Of a DNA stretch of 64,000 nucleotides, positions 1-13,208 are shown piece by piece (position 1 is the stretch's first letter; each line of letters starts with the position of its first letter). Position numbers and translations under genes: made by a program. Location of the stretch: positions 101,992,001 to 102,056,000 of the forward strand of contig NC_087472.1 of assembly GCF_036321535.1 (NCBI RefSeq). Reading direction: 5' to 3'. This stretch comes from Camelus dromedarius (taxonomy: Eukaryota). Below the pieces are notes generated by a model. It did not search any database, was not told where the DNA came from, and saw only the letters and a program-made list of their open reading frames with translations.

Positions 1-104
1 AGATCAAAAAAATCTCTTAAAAGATCCTTTTCAATAAGTGTGTGGTTCAACCTCAGGGTGTCACAAGTTTTTTTAGACCTGGAAGGAACCTATAGACTCA
101 CACA

Positions 105-275
105 TGCATTCAAGGATTTACTATGCATCTGCTGTGTGCCAGCACTCGAGTTGATGATAGACATGGAGGTGAGTCCCTAGCTAGAGAAGCTTCCACACCA
201 GTAGGGAAGACAGACACAAATCAGCAATTTGATATAATAATGTAAGAGATTAATATAAAATTCAGCTGAAAGATA
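105..275 (-). mobile_element. LINE-2 3' fragment (ancient)
   Basis: cattcaaggatttactatgcatctgctgtgtgccagcact...agtagggaagacagaca resembles the reverse complement of the L2 3' end. Confidence 0.6.
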
Positions 276-754
276 TTAGACCTGGATGAAGTCTCCCACA
301 TCATCCAGCCCAGTTCTCCTCAGCCTTTTAGAACCAATACCCCCATTTATATATAAAAAAAAAACAAAAGCCTCTAGGCTACCCTTCAGGAAACTACAAT
401 ATCCTCCACTCCCAGGAGATGTGAATCTTTTAGGAACATGGAGTTGGCTCCCGTGGATCTTGGGCAGCCCAGAAGATTTGTTCCTATTTTGCTTTTTTTG
501 TAGTTTTATTAAAAAAAAACTCAATGTTTTCTAAATATTGAAATGCAATTTAAAAAACTCCTTCCTCCTCTCCTCCCCACATCCAACAACCATTAGCTCA
601 TCCAAGTGCCCCATTTCGAAGATGAAGACATGGAGGTACAGAGAGGGGAAGACCAAGGCTCAGGGCCCCTAGTGCCTTCAGTGTTGTTTGTGGTGAATAA
701 CGACCTGGGATGATGAAACAAAGAGCAGGTCTAGTTTCAAGAACAGTGTAGCCT

Positions 755-915
755 TTGCTTCTCAAGATGTCACCTGTGGACGAGCGGCAGCAACATCATC
801 TGGGAGCTTGTTAAAAATGCAGACTCTAAGGTACCGCCCAAGACCTACAGAGTCAGAATCTGCATTTTAAGCAGACCCCAGTGATTTGTATCTACACTAA
901 AATCAGAAGCAGTGT
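755..915. mobile_element. MER5A-like hAT-Charlie MITE
   Basis: cagcaacatcatctgggagcttgttaaaaatgcagact...agagtcagaatctgcattttaa core typical of MER5A. Confidence 0.8.
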
Positions 916-1490
916 TGCAGCAGTCAATTGTTGATGCCCCCATGCCATATCTCATTTGCCCACTTGAGTTCATCAGCAGATATGGTAGACGGTTTCCAAC
1001 AGGCCAATAGCTTCGAATGCCTACATGTTAACTCCATGCAAGCATAGTGAAGTAGATGTCACAAGGTAAACCCACAACCAGTGAGGGACTGAAGCCAATA
1101 GAAAAATGCCCCATTTCCCCCATCCTTTAACCAGAGAATTGATTAATCCCTAGCTAGTATGGTCTGTCCAATGATGCAAACATCTTACCAAAAAGAATTC
1201 CAAATAATCCTGAAAGATTTTGTCCCAAAGCTGACAAGAGGATCATGCTGATTCTTATCAAGATCTACTTTGTTCAGGTGACTGTTGGGTTTTTCCCTGG
1301 CTCCTTGCCATCCCTCCGCCTCCTAGTCATCTCCCATGACTTAGGATTACCCCAGGCATGGGAAAGTAGCACCCAGTAATTTCTTGCAAACAGACTCCAC
1401 CTGCTTCTCTCATACAGCTTCCCCATGTTGCTTTGGGAATTCATCCAACAGTCTCTACCTTTCAAAGCCTTGAATCAGACACCGATCTGA
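915..1490 (+). mobile_element. ERVL LTR remnant (LTR16/LTR33-like), interrupted ~1140-1275
   Basis: Degenerate similarity to ERVL solo LTRs, ending tcaaagccttgaatcagac. Confidence 0.45.
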
Positions 1491-1653
1491 GGCTGGAATT
1501 TCAGGGCACTGCTTTCTTATTTGGATTGGGTTTTAATCATAGGCTTGCCCTTCTCATGTCACAGTGACCATAGTCCCTCGGGGTCTCTAATTTACTTACT
1601 TTACGTTACTCTTTCTAAGAGGCATGCCTATCCATGGATGATGAATGTTGATA

Positions 1654-1686
1654 TTCTGCCACCTAGTGGAGCAAATGGAACTGCAG
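1654..1686 (-). promoter_or_regulatory. CTCF binding motif with upstream (ZF9-11) module
   Basis: Minus strand reads CTGCAGTTCC-ATTTGC-TCCACTAGGTGGCAG: core CCACTAGGTGGCAG plus TGCAG module at the canonical spacing, in non-repeat-looking sequence. Confidence 0.75.
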
Positions 1687-1849
1687 GCTAACGGCTAAAA
1701 AGAAGGAATCGATAATTTAGCAACCACCATGTTCCTATTGAACGTTTATTATATAGAGACTACACATGGGAGCTCATTTAATCCTCATAACAATCCTATG
1801 ATGAAAATGTGATCCTAATTTCACAGGCTTAAGAAAATTAAGCAATTTG

Positions 1850-2270
1850 GCGATAGCAACAGAGGGAAAAGACAAAAACCAAAAAATGAGCTCATTAATG
1901 AATGGGTTACAGCTCTGGGCAACCGAGGCTCAACTCTGCTGGGGATCCTTCGATAAAGCACGTGGAACACACCTCAGAATCATCCCACTAGAGGATGGAC
2001 AGGCTGCAGCATTGGTACTGACTCCTACTCCTAATTGGTTGAGGGTTCCCCCAGGGATGGTAACTCACCCACAACTCTCGGGTGTACCTGCTTGTGGCTG
2101 AGCAAACTTCAGTGGTGTCAGAGAACACACAGCAAAGAAATGAAGATTCAGGCTTTTGAGGTGAGCAGCTGCCAGCATGCTGGAAACAGTGGAAGAATAA
2201 GATTCTGGTCCAGGCATGTCTCACTCCAAAATCCAACTTTTAACCCGTCTATCATACTGTCTCAGTAGCT
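1850..2270 (-). mobile_element. ERVL LTR remnant (LTR33/LTR16-like)
   Basis: gctctgggcaaccgaggctcaactctgctggggatcc...cacacctcagaatcatcccact; similar segments at ~2870, ~27563 and ~59460. Confidence 0.55.
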
Positions 2271-2679
2271 TAGCCACGTATAAAGTATATCACTTGTCAA
2301 GCTCTTGCGTGGAAAGTTCTTGCATGGAGTCAGAGCTCTAGGTAGGGGTCAGAGGACCTGGAGTTCTCCCATCCGCTCTGGGTAAGACTGTAATTTGAAG
2401 CCAGGGTCCACGTTTCCTATGGATCCCTGATTCACTGCTGCAGCTGCTGGCCTTTGACCTGCTTCATCTCCCCATGCTCACAAGCAGGTAAGCTGCATAA
2501 GCTTCTTGAGCTCTAGCCTGGCGAGACCTAGTAGATGGAAATCCTAAAGCCAACAGCTGCCACTTATAGCAGGTTGTGGTGCTACAGCCCCACAGTTCTT
2601 GGCTTTATCCACACCCTCCTGTCTTTGCATTTTCTTGTTCAACAGGACCAAGATACAAATTGTTATGAGGGAAGGAGCA

Positions 2680-2860
2680 CAGGCTTCCACCTCACAGACC
2701 CAGATTTCTATCTGAGCTCTGCCATTTACCAGCTGACTGAACTTGAGATGATCACTTGACCTGCCTAGTCTGGTACCTCATCCATCAACGGGAGCTGATA
2801 ATACCTACTACCCTTAGGATTGTTGTAGTGATTGGAGAAAACAATGTGGATAAAGCCGAC
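2680..2860 (+). mobile_element. MIR SINE
   Basis: ctctgccatttaccagctgactgaacttgag...ataatacctactacccttaggattgttgt MIR core. Confidence 0.7.
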
Positions 2861-2869
2861 CATGATACT

Positions 2870-3260
2870 GCGCTCAAGGAGCAGCTAGCTTATTGGGGAG
2901 GTGCAGGCAAGATTGGGAGGGACGCAGGGAAGTGAGGACAGCCGGTAAAGGGAGCACCATCAAGCTGGCTACCATGGACGGCAGCTGGAACCTCATCCCC
3001 CAGGAAAACCCTGGAAACAGTGTGAAGCCTTCAGCTCAGAATTATCCCAAACAAGGATTGAGGGAACTGATGTATTTGCGTACCTATTCCTGAGACTCAT
3101 TCATTGAGGGCTACTCCATCTAAGCACAGTCGTAGGGGCAGGAGGAGGTAGGAGCAGGCCCTCAGGCACAAAGATGCAGACGCTGGCAGTTGGAGTGGGC
3201 CAGAGCACCCTGATAGGACCGTGGACCATTAGCAGGGCGTCACAGCATCTGCTCTAAGTA
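2870..3260 (-). mobile_element. ERVL LTR remnant (LTR33/LTR16-like)
   Basis: gctagcttattggggagg...gcagctggaacctcatccc...ctcagaattatcc...caggcacaaagatgcaga. Confidence 0.55.
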
Positions 3261-3725
3261 GCTAGCCTGTGCAGGGTACGGAGAGGCTGCTTAGTATGTC
3301 GGCCCCAGTCTCTTGCCCCTTCAGCATCCCATCCCCCTCCCAAGTCTCTCTTCTGCCATTTTGCCAAATACAAGGTGTAAGGCACTGGCCCTTCTCCTCC
3401 TCTGTAATCATGTTCTGATTTAAGCCTCATGCATCATTCTTAATTTCTTTTCTTTACTCCATTCCTCTTCCCTCCACTTCCCCCCAACCTATATTACTAC
3501 CCTCTTCTACACACTATCCTGCTCAGTTCCTCATGTTTGAGCCGTCATTCTTTGCTTCCCATCCTCTGATGACCAGCAACTTCTTTCCCAACTGTTCAGA
3601 AGTCAGCCTGTCTGATATTTCAGAAGTCTCTTCTCCCATAACTTATGTTAACAAAACTATTTCCTTCTCCCTAGCTCCATGAAAGGTCAGGTTACCATTC
3701 AAAATGAGTAATAAGAAAAAGAGCA

Positions 3726-4232
3726 GTGAGGCAGACACTGGATTGCTCAGCCAATGGCCGTTCAATCCCTTTCTTCTTACCAAGAAAACTGATTTTTTAA
3801 CCATCAAGAAGCCATGTCCTTCAGAGGGGCCAAGACCAAAGGAGAAATACTTTTTGGTCTAAGTCAATCAGAGGCTAGCCTTTCCTTGCAAGTGACCAGT
3901 TTAGATGTTGTCAGGTTAGACAGTGCTGGCCAATGAGACCTGGGGAGTGCCTGATGCAAGGTTTCCCTTGCTAGTGAAAAGGGATTTTTTGTCTTCTGCT
4001 TCTGGGCATCATTACCTGCGTGTACCACCCAGAACTGCCACAACCCTCTCGCAACCATGAGGAAAATACAAGAGAATATTAAAGAAGTGAACCATAAAGT
4101 GAACGTTAAAGAAGGCCGCCATGCTGTTGAGCCACTGAGCCCACCAAACCTAGAGCCAACCTATCTGATTGTTTAAGCCCATTTTAGTTGAGTCATCTGT
4201 TGCTTGCAACCAAAATCACCCTGAAATGATAT
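3726..4232 (+). mobile_element. MaLR LTR (MLT1J/K/L-like)
   Basis: Starts gtgaggcagacactgg; ends tgtttaagccc...ctgttgcttgcaaccaaaatcaccctgaaatgata. Confidence 0.7.
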
Positions 4233-4679
4233 GATCAAGTCCTTAGACTTTAGAAGTTATCTTAAAAAAATACTTATGAGAGAATGATTTTAATACATAG
4301 ACGATCTGCTCACAAATGTTCTTAATGGCCCATATATTTTCATTGGGGTTGGCCACATTCTCTAGCACATTGTCATTATGCATATAATGTTTGTAAGAAT
4401 CAGCCTGAACAGACACAGGAGCACATCTAAATGAGTCCATCTGGCCTTTAATTAATACAATTCCTAAAAAGTTGGGTGGAAACTGAATTTTTCCTAAGTT
4501 GAAGAGCAAGCTAAATTAGATAATGTTTTTGGAAGTGTTCTGGATAAACCTGAGGTAGTGGTAGCTTATGAATTACTTTAAACAATAAGATTTCCTTTAA
4601 ATAAGCAGGTGCATGGCAAATTCCTTTGGGTTCAGAGGAATTCTCTTATAGAAGTATATACATTCCCTGTGATGAACGA

Positions 4680-4860
4680 GTCCTTAAATTGGGATTTGGC
4701 TTCAGGGAATCTGTAAAATTATCAGCAACATTCTGTGTCTATGTGTAAATGTAAATTTCTCTGAGGAGAAGGTACTAAGCTTTCATCAGATTTGGAAAGG
4801 AGTTTGTAACTACACTCCTATCTCCAAAAAAAAAGCAGGGAGAAGTTAAGAGCCACTGCT
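4680..4860. mobile_element. hAT-Charlie non-autonomous fragment
   Basis: gagaaggtactaagctttcatcagatt...aagttaagagccactg terminal motif. Confidence 0.5.
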
Positions 4861-5162
4861 AATGTAGGTGTTTTCAAAGCTGTGGCCATGCATGGTGAAG
4901 ACAACAGGGAAGGGGACCAGAACTGCTGTAATGGCTCCAGACCAGGGGGGGGGTTCAGTGGCAGCTCTGGAAGTGATGGTTGGCAAGCCAGGCTGAGCAG
5001 GATGGACGGCCAGGGAGCAGAAGGGAAATAGGATCCCAATGCTGGATTCTCATTGATGCTGGCCAGGCTGGAGTTGTCTGAGCCTCAGAAAGAGGAGACC
5101 TACTGGGCTCCTCCCTTCAGTTCCCCTGTCTCCCACAAAAGGAAGGTCTGGAAGGGGGAGGC

Positions 5163-5213
5163 TAGAAAACGTTTTGTTTTTTTTGTTTGTTTGTTTTTTT
5201 TAGAAAACGTTTT
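5163..5213 (-). mobile_element. Solo poly(A) retro-insertion with 13-bp TSD
   Basis: tagaaaacgtttt at 5163-5175 and 5201-5213 flanks a T-rich tract; minus-strand target reads TT/AAAA. Confidence 0.65.
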
Positions 5214-5624
5214 TTAAAGGTTACTTGGGTCCTTGTTTTTACCCCCATCCTTGGCACAATTTGACAAAATGAGAATTATAAGAAATTAAGTATGAGAAAA
5301 GAACATCATGAATTGAGTGTCATAGAAGGACCAAGGGAATCAAAGAATGAAAGAAAGAGTTAAAAATGAGAGGAAAAAACAGAAGAAAAAGAAGATGGCA
5401 AATATTACCCAGACTCAATCATAATGAGCAAGAAGGAAAACCTATGATTGTTATTTTCAGGTGCTTGCACGCCCAGTGACCTATTTAACCTTCCTAACTG
5501 TCCTGGGGAAACTGAGGCTCACACAGGTCCTGCAAGTTGCTCTAAGATCACACTGTCCCAAAGTGGTAGGACCAGGACTTAAGCCAGTACTAATCTCACA
5601 AAGAAAAGCAGCCTTGATGTGGCT

Positions 5625-5885
5625 AATAATAGCAGGCTACACTTTTCGGGTGCTTAATGTGTGTGACACACTATTTATTCTAAGTGCTTTACATGGTTAG
5701 CTTGATACTCAGAACAGCCAGGTACCACAATCACCATCATCCCCATTTCACAGATGAGGAAACAAAGACACAGAGAGGCGAAGCAGCTGACACAAGACTA
5801 CTGAGCTAGAAACAGATGAAGCAAGGATGTGAACCCATGTAGTCTGCTTTCAGAGTCTGGACTTTTAGCAACTACACTCTAATGC
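5625..5885 (-). mobile_element. MIR SINE
   Basis: catccccatttcacagatgaggaaacaaagacacagagagg reverse MIR core. Confidence 0.85.
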
Positions 5886-7489
5886 CTGCCTATCAGCACA
5901 CCACCAGATTCCAACCCCACCACTGCTGCTGCCACTCTTGGGGCTCTTAAGTACCAGGACAGGCCTCAGATGAGGACTGATCACAATGTAAAGACCTGTG
6001 AAGGCAGAAAAGGCTGCGAGGAGATCAAGTAGAACCGCCTTCATTTTAGACAGAAAGGCCTGGCTGCCTTATGCTCTCTCCAGAGCCAAGTGTACCTCCG
6101 GGATACAAACGCATGGAGCGTGGGGTCTGAAAAACAGCCTAGTGCACTGACTTTCACGGGAAAGAGCCAGGAATGGCTCTTCTCATTTTGATGTCTGGGT
6201 CTTTGGAAGCTAGAAAAAGACTTCACTGGGAGCTGTTTGAAGAATCAAGGAGGGGTTGCATGGGGGAAGATGAAAGCATAGAGACCACATGGAAAGACAG
6301 GTGGAGGGGAGGGGGCCGTAAAAGAGGAAGAGCTCCCCAGGGGCAGTTTTGCATTACTGACTGCCTAGCTCGCACATTTAAGTCCACCAGGAGCCACAGG
6401 TGAATCCCAGGTGCACCCAACGTGAGTCTAGTTCACAACTTGATCCCCTAGAAGTCTGCCACTGTCTAGATCTTAGATAATAATCCCAGAAGGAAAAGGG
6501 GAGAAGATTTTACAGAGGAAAATTTATTTCAGAAATCTGTTTGGCTTGTAATGTTCCTCTGAAGGCAAAGCAATTGCCTTTGTCTCCTGATCTCTACTGC
6601 CCCTTATTCTTCTGAGTTTCTTCTCAGTCACAAACACGCTTAAGGCACTTCAAGGAAAGACACAACAACAATCAGTTTAGCATGAAGATTCATTTTTAAA
6701 AAAGAAAAAGTGAAAAAGAAAAAAAGAAAGAAAAGGCTTTGATGATGGTGGCAGTACTCATTTTTGTGATATGAATCCAACTGAAATAAGGAGACGGTAG
6801 CTTTGGCAACCTGAGGAGTCCTTTGTATGTTTTTTGCTGGAAATTCCTGGAACTCTCGGCTTCAGGGGGTTTCATTCAGTATCAGATCATCTGTCCCCAC
6901 TCCACCAATAACAGAGAAAAGGGAGTGTGAGGCCCTTGGTTCTCTCTCCCCTCTGTGGTTTGAAGTGTTTCTAGGGAGAGTGTTAACACTCTTGAGAACC
7001 CCAAGGTGTGTATTTAAATTTCTGAGACGGAAGTCAAAGGTAAGGAAAGAACACGAGGTTTCCAAAGGGAAAATTCCAGAAGAAGTTACCATGGAAACCG
7101 TTCCAAGGTCTTCAGAGTAGTGTCACACTGAGCCGAGAGACGACAACAAGTCCCATTAGTGGGAAATGAAGCCCTAAAGCAGAGAAGCTGAGCAAAGGAG
7201 TGAAATGAATCGAAAATGAATGAAGTCATTTTTAATAACCAGGTGACTCAGACTCAGGAAGCAGTGAAAACCAAGGTAGTAAAAGTCATCCGCTTCTGTA
7301 CATGGAAGATGCAAACATAGGTATGCTTTTAGGAGCCCTTCTTCCTGGGGGCCGTATTCCAATTATATGTGTAACCCTAGGCTTCTCAAGTATACCAGCA
7401 CCAGATTCTAAGACTTTATTTATTCTCATACATGGATTCATCAGTTCACTCTCTTGTTCAACAGCTGTCATAATGTGTCTGATGCTAAG

Positions 7490-7612
7490 CTTATTCACCC
7501 ATTCATTCAATATTTATTGAGTACCTACCATGTGCCAGATATTCTAATAGGTGTGAGATACCTTAAAAACAAGACAGACAGATCACCTGTCTTTACAGAG
7601 ATTGCCATCTAG
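7490..7612 (-). mobile_element. LINE-2 3' end
   Basis: cattcattcaatatttattgagtacctaccatgtgccag. Confidence 0.8.
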
Positions 7613-8994
7613 CTTACACTGCGCTCAGCAATGTGAAGGATTCAGAGCAGCAAAAAAAACTATGTTTGCTAATAACCTCAAGTAACCCAGTTTCTTTAGG
7701 AGAAAAAGAAAATACAGGTATAGTAAGAAGTTAATACTCACATACAAGAGCTAGATCAGAATTCCAGGCAAGAATACAAGCGATGTCACAGACACTGTAT
7801 CTCCATTTCCCCATTTTATCACTGCCCAAGCTCATTCCCAACCCTGTCCCCAGTTATTTAGTACCTTGCAAAGTTCCTTCGCGAGGGTAATCCTTAGTGA
7901 GGTGAATTTCCATATCTACCTGATGGAGTGGTGAGGTGAGAAGAAATAGATTTTGAGGCCAGTTACTTTGAGGGCATAATAAATAACTGGTCCACTTTGA
8001 AATATGTCCCTGAGCCAATTCTCAGCCTTCAGGAACTACCAGTGGTGTCTTCACTCTCACCTTTGGAGTTGGACCAGTACAACTGCAGAATTTAAAATAA
8101 AACCTTAGGTTCTTGCCTTCTAGAAGACCAGGAAAATGTCTTATGAGAAGAGAAAAAATGGAATATGAACATCACCCTTGACCATGGGTCTCACACTGAT
8201 GACCATGTATAAATGGGGCAGAGTCAGGCCCAGGTGGAAGGCAGCCCTGCCTACTTCCTCTCACCTGGAGTCTGGCATGCCCCCCTCCCCTTTCTGAATG
8301 ACACATGGTGACTAATTTGCCACTTGGGAAGACCACTGTGCTTATTCCAAGAAAGTGACCACTGGGTTGTAGAAATGAGACTTTTTTGAATCTTTAGCTG
8401 TGTAATTCTCAAGATAGGCTGGTGGAAAAAAACTATGTGATAGGAGAGGATTATTATTTGGGCAGGGAATATTACCATGGGTTGTGTTTCCTTTCTATTT
8501 TGTCTCTAGTTTACTCATTACTGGTAGATAAACAGAATTTAGTGGACAAAGCAAAACCAAGAACTTGGGCTATCATGGATCCAAAGATGACTAAATTTGA
8601 AGAAAGTGGGGTTGGAGGGCGAGTATCAAGAGTCTACAGCAAGGGTGATGGATGGACTATTCTCAGGCAAAACTATAGCAGTCTTGATAAAGCAAGAATG
8701 CAGACTCTGGTTCATTTCAATTTCCTTAAATTTCTCAATGAATCAAAATCATTTTCAGTTCATTGAGTTTTGATGGTAATCAGGTGATAACCTACTCATT
8801 TGTCAGAATTTTCTAATTAGCATGGAAAGAAAAGGAGTCTCCAATGTTGCTTGTCTTATTTGTCTTCCTCTAAGGCAAAGGTCATAAGTTGGCTACCTTC
8901 TTCATAGTTTTTTGAGGGGTTTTTATTTTACTTGGTAGAGGGAAGGCAGAGAATGGGGTCTCCAGTTCTGACCTAGGCTCACAACTTCATACCT

Positions 8995-9530
8995 GGCCTA
9001 ATTTCTACCACTCCTAAACTTAATAGCTTAAAACAACGAACACTTAGTAGCTTATGATTCCATGAGTCAGCAGTTTGGCCTGGGACCAGCTGGACAGTTC
9101 TTCTGGTGGCCTCATCTGGACTGATGCACACAGCTGCAGGCAGCTGGAGGACTGACTGCAGTCTGGTCAGTTAAGGGTGGCCTCACTCACATGGCTGGTG
9201 GTTGGTGCTGGCTGTTGGTGGGACAACATGGGTAAATTGGCCACGTATCTTCGGCAGGCCAGCCCAAGCTTAGTCATATGATGGGGTCCTCAGGGTTCCC
9301 AGGAGCATTAAGAGGACAAGTGCAGAAGCACTTCTCAAGTCTCCACTTCCACTATGCTTTCTAATACCCTACTGGTTAAAGCAAGTCACACGGTCAAGCC
9401 CAGATTCGAGGGGTAGAGAATTAGATTCTGTACCTGGATGGGAACTGTTGCAAAGTCATACTGCAAAGGGTAGGGGTGTATGCAGAGAGAACAAAGTTAT
9501 TGCGGCCACTTTTGCAAATAATCTTCCAGA
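8995..9530 (-). mobile_element. MaLR LTR (MLT1 family)
   Basis: aaacttaatagcttaaaacaac...ggcctcactcacatggctggtggttggtgctggctgttgg...agcaagtcacacggtcaagcccagattc. Confidence 0.8.
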
Positions 9531-11899
9531 GCTCTGTTGCCAGTTGAGATAGCAGTCCATGCAAGGACTTTCTTTTGTATCTGGCTGGCAGTGTTACAGG
9601 CTTGGTTGGACTCCATGTTTCATGTTTTTCCTCTGGTAAAATGAAATGGTTTGGAGGAAACAAAGGAAAAGATGTGAAGTGTTTAACGTTGCCAGAAGGT
9701 ATTGTTTCAATTACATTTCCGTATCATTACAAGAACAAAATCACACACATATGTATATTTGATATATATGTGTATACACAGAGAAATCATGTATATACAT
9801 GTATATACTGTGTCCTTCTGATAACTATGAACAGCATCTGGGCACCTCTTTTTTTGTGTGTGAAAGCAGTACTGATAATGTCTATCAAATAAATAAAAAG
9901 CCCCAACCTTGACTTATTCGTTTTATAGAAATAGAAACTTTTCACATCAATTTGTAAACTGATCCATGTAATCCCCTAAAAAATACACACACACACGCTT
10001 ATATTTTCAAGCTAAACAGTAAGTATTTAGAAGTGATAAGATTTTCTCTTCACTTTCTTACTTTTATGACAACATATGTTGAACCAGTCCTGTTATTTTT
10101 ATGCTGGAGATTACAAAAACAACAGTGATGTGAGTGGAAAAGGCATTGTATCATTTATCCAGGTAAGAAAACTATACATAATATACATATTAAAAATATA
10201 TTTAACCCATAGGGACATAATACGATAATGGTTGAACACATATTTCAACTGCCAACTTTATCACGGAAAGCAAACATGGGATTGTTAAGACTCTATATCA
10301 CATATCAGTTAAGGTTTGGTCAGAAAATCAGAAACCACTCCAGGTATTCCAAGAAGATGACGACTTAATTCATAAAATTAAATGCTTACCAAACCACTGA
10401 AAGGGTTCAGGAAATGGCAGTAAGGAAAAGCTGCCCGTAGTGATTAAGAAATCAGGAACCTGCAGGAATTGTAGAAAGCTACCACTTAGGGTCTCAGGGA
10501 CTGCCACATTGTGAGTATTTACAAGACACTGCCTAGAAGCTGCTGAAGAACCTCACATCTATTGTCTGGCAAAGCCCACACAACTTCCTGTTATCACTGT
10601 AATGACTTCTGCTTCTCTTCTGCTTTCCAAATCTTGCAAAGGTGCCCATCATTGAAAGGCTCTATCCTGAAAGCAGGCTGGCAAAGATTTCTAGGACATG
10701 TAGCTACTAGGTGTCTAGTCCTTCAGACACCTATACAGAAAAAAGGATGAACACTTGTCAAAATAGAACCATTTAACCTTACAGCATCCACTAGTCTTAA
10801 GACTGTGACCCCACATTGTATGGATGTATTGTAACAAAATACAATCAATCTATACATACTAGTCTTATGCTCTTTTTTCCAACCTGAATTCACTGATGTA
10901 CCCATATAACTATCAAAACCTATAAATGGATCATTTTCATGGTAATAATATATTTCTTTTATTTAATATATTTAAAGCACCCTTGAGTTCTTATGCAAGT
11001 GGATTTATAATATTTTTTCCTCTGTTATAAAAAGTTACTTTATACAAATATCTACTTTTTCCCTTTTTGAGTTAATTTCTTAAGTGTTATTGCCCCAAAT
11101 GAATTAATGGGTCAAAGTGCATAATCAGTTCTTTAAAAGATACTGTCTTGTTAAAGCCAATGTAGAATTGTAAATTGTACTAATAAACATTATGCAGTGT
11201 AATCTTACACCACATGGCATTAATCAATCTGTTACTAGCTTTTATTTTCCTCTAGGTATATAAGGGATTAAAAAAAATACAGCTTCCCACTAAGACATCT
11301 GGCTTCAAAACAACTTAAGTCACAACTATATATACACACACACATATATGTGTGTGTATATATAGCTTTCTATGTGTGTATGTATATAGCTTTCTCACCA
11401 TTCCTCCCTGAGTCTTACATTCTTACTCTCAAAATTTTTGGCTAATCCCTCCAAAAAGTCCACCGGCCAAACTTCTGAGTACTCCTATCCTTCCATCATT
11501 TAACCAGTGTAACTCCAAATTGAATGGTATCATGGATGGGTAGGGTCCCTGGATATTAGAGGCCATATCTCAGGGGTCCTGAGAGGCCCTGGGAGTCAGC
11601 CCACACTCTAGAACTGTCATTTGCCAGAAACCGGGCCAGCCTTCCCTGCTCCAGGACTTCTGGGGAGAGTGATTAGATCATCACCACACCTCAACTTCTA
11701 CACAGAGCTCTCTCCTTCAACTCTTGACATCTTCAACCTCTCCCCATGACTGCCCTCGCCCAGCTCCTCCAAAGGTCAAGACTGTGGCCATGATTCAGAG
11801 TTATGCTCAAAGGCCACCTCCTTTAAGAGGCCTCTCTGATTTCCCAAATAAAAGAGATCTCACTGCAGAAGTGCCATGACAGTTCCTCTGGACTAGTTT

Positions 11900-12340
11900 T
11901 TACATAACTATTTTTTTCTCATTTGTAAAGTGATCCAGGCTCATTGTAAAAGAGTTGAGAAATATGGAAAAGATTAAAGAAAAAAAATTGCTCAATACCA
12001 CAACACACAGAGATAATCATTGTTAACATTTTCCTATGTTATCCCTTTAGCCTTTTCAGTGATTTTTTTAAAACATAATTGAGAGCACACCATGAACATA
12101 GGTTTTTTTACTTAACTTTTTATCATGAGCATATTTTCATGTTATTAATTTTTTGATGTCTCATCTCAACAGGAACATAAATTCCATTGTGCAGATGTAC
12201 TATAATTAATTCTCAGTTGTTCAATATTTGGGTTGTTTCCAGTTTTATACTATTATACATAATGCTGTGATAAACATCCTGCTTAATAAATCTTTGTCTA
12301 CATGTCTGTTTCCTTAAGATGGGTTTCTATAAGTAGGAGT
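11900..12340 (-). mobile_element. Old L1M (L1ME-like) 3' fragment
   Basis: tttgggttgtttccagttttatactattatacataatgctgtgataaacatcc. Confidence 0.65.
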
Positions 12341-13208
12341 ATCACAGTGAATTAAATGATGCTTTTATTTAAGAATTAGACAAAATTAAGGATCCTCTTC
12401 CAAGAATAATGCAATCAAACATACCCACACTTTTGCATGCCCTTTAAGGAAATTTACCTGAAGCTCACATGTGGATTTTCTTAGAGGTCTAAGGATCCCT
12501 AAGTTAAATATATTTGAATTACTAGATCAAGAGATACAAAAAAAATTTAAGGATATTAATAAATAGTCCTAATTTTCCCCCAAACATATATCTGTCCCAC
12601 TTTTATGGTACAGATACTATTTTATACCTTTACCATTATTATTCATGTCTTATCACCTCTGCTAGACTGTAAGCTCTTTGAGGGAAGGGTCTGATTTATC
12701 TTTGAAGTTTCCACAGGACTGAGAAATGTGTCTAAGCTACAATGGACGCTCAGTAAAGGATCATTGAATCAACAGCTCAATTTCAAAGTCAGCAAGGAAA
12801 AGAAAGTTCCAAGTTCGGTCATCTGGAAAGTGATTTGGGGTATGCTTCATACTGATGATGAATGACACCAAGAGATGGTCCCCGGTGCCATTACCAAGCC
12901 TAGTAAGCAGAACGGGCATGCCACTTTGGATAGTTAAAGATCAATGCTGCTAAGAAAATCTTCAGATTTCAATGCAAGTGCAAACATTCCATTTCTGCAT
13001 TGTGGAGGAGGGCTGTTGTCAGTCTCTGTGATTCTGAGGACTCTGCACCAGCAACAGGCCATCAATTACTTGCCAATGAAACATTTCTAAGAACTACAAT
13101 GACCTATTAACTCTGGGATTAAAATTATATCTAAGTCAAATTACCAACCTCAGTTAACTCCTTGAATAGTGCAAAATTTCCAAGCAACGCAGAAGGGACC
13201 AGCCATCT

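Noticed and set aside
1140..1275. Possible C/D snoRNA (aatgatg...ctga) interrupting an LTR
   Set aside because: Box C is imperfect (ATGATGC), there is no terminal stem, and the segment weakly resembles old L1 ORF2
8061..8082. 22-nt minus-strand micro-exon (ctgcag|...aag|gtgaga)
   Set aside because: Weak pyrimidine tract and no partner exons; such pairs arise by chance in 64 kb
11326..11365. Near-perfect 40-bp palindrome
   Set aside because: Composed of TA/CA/TG microsatellite units, so self-complementarity is trivial
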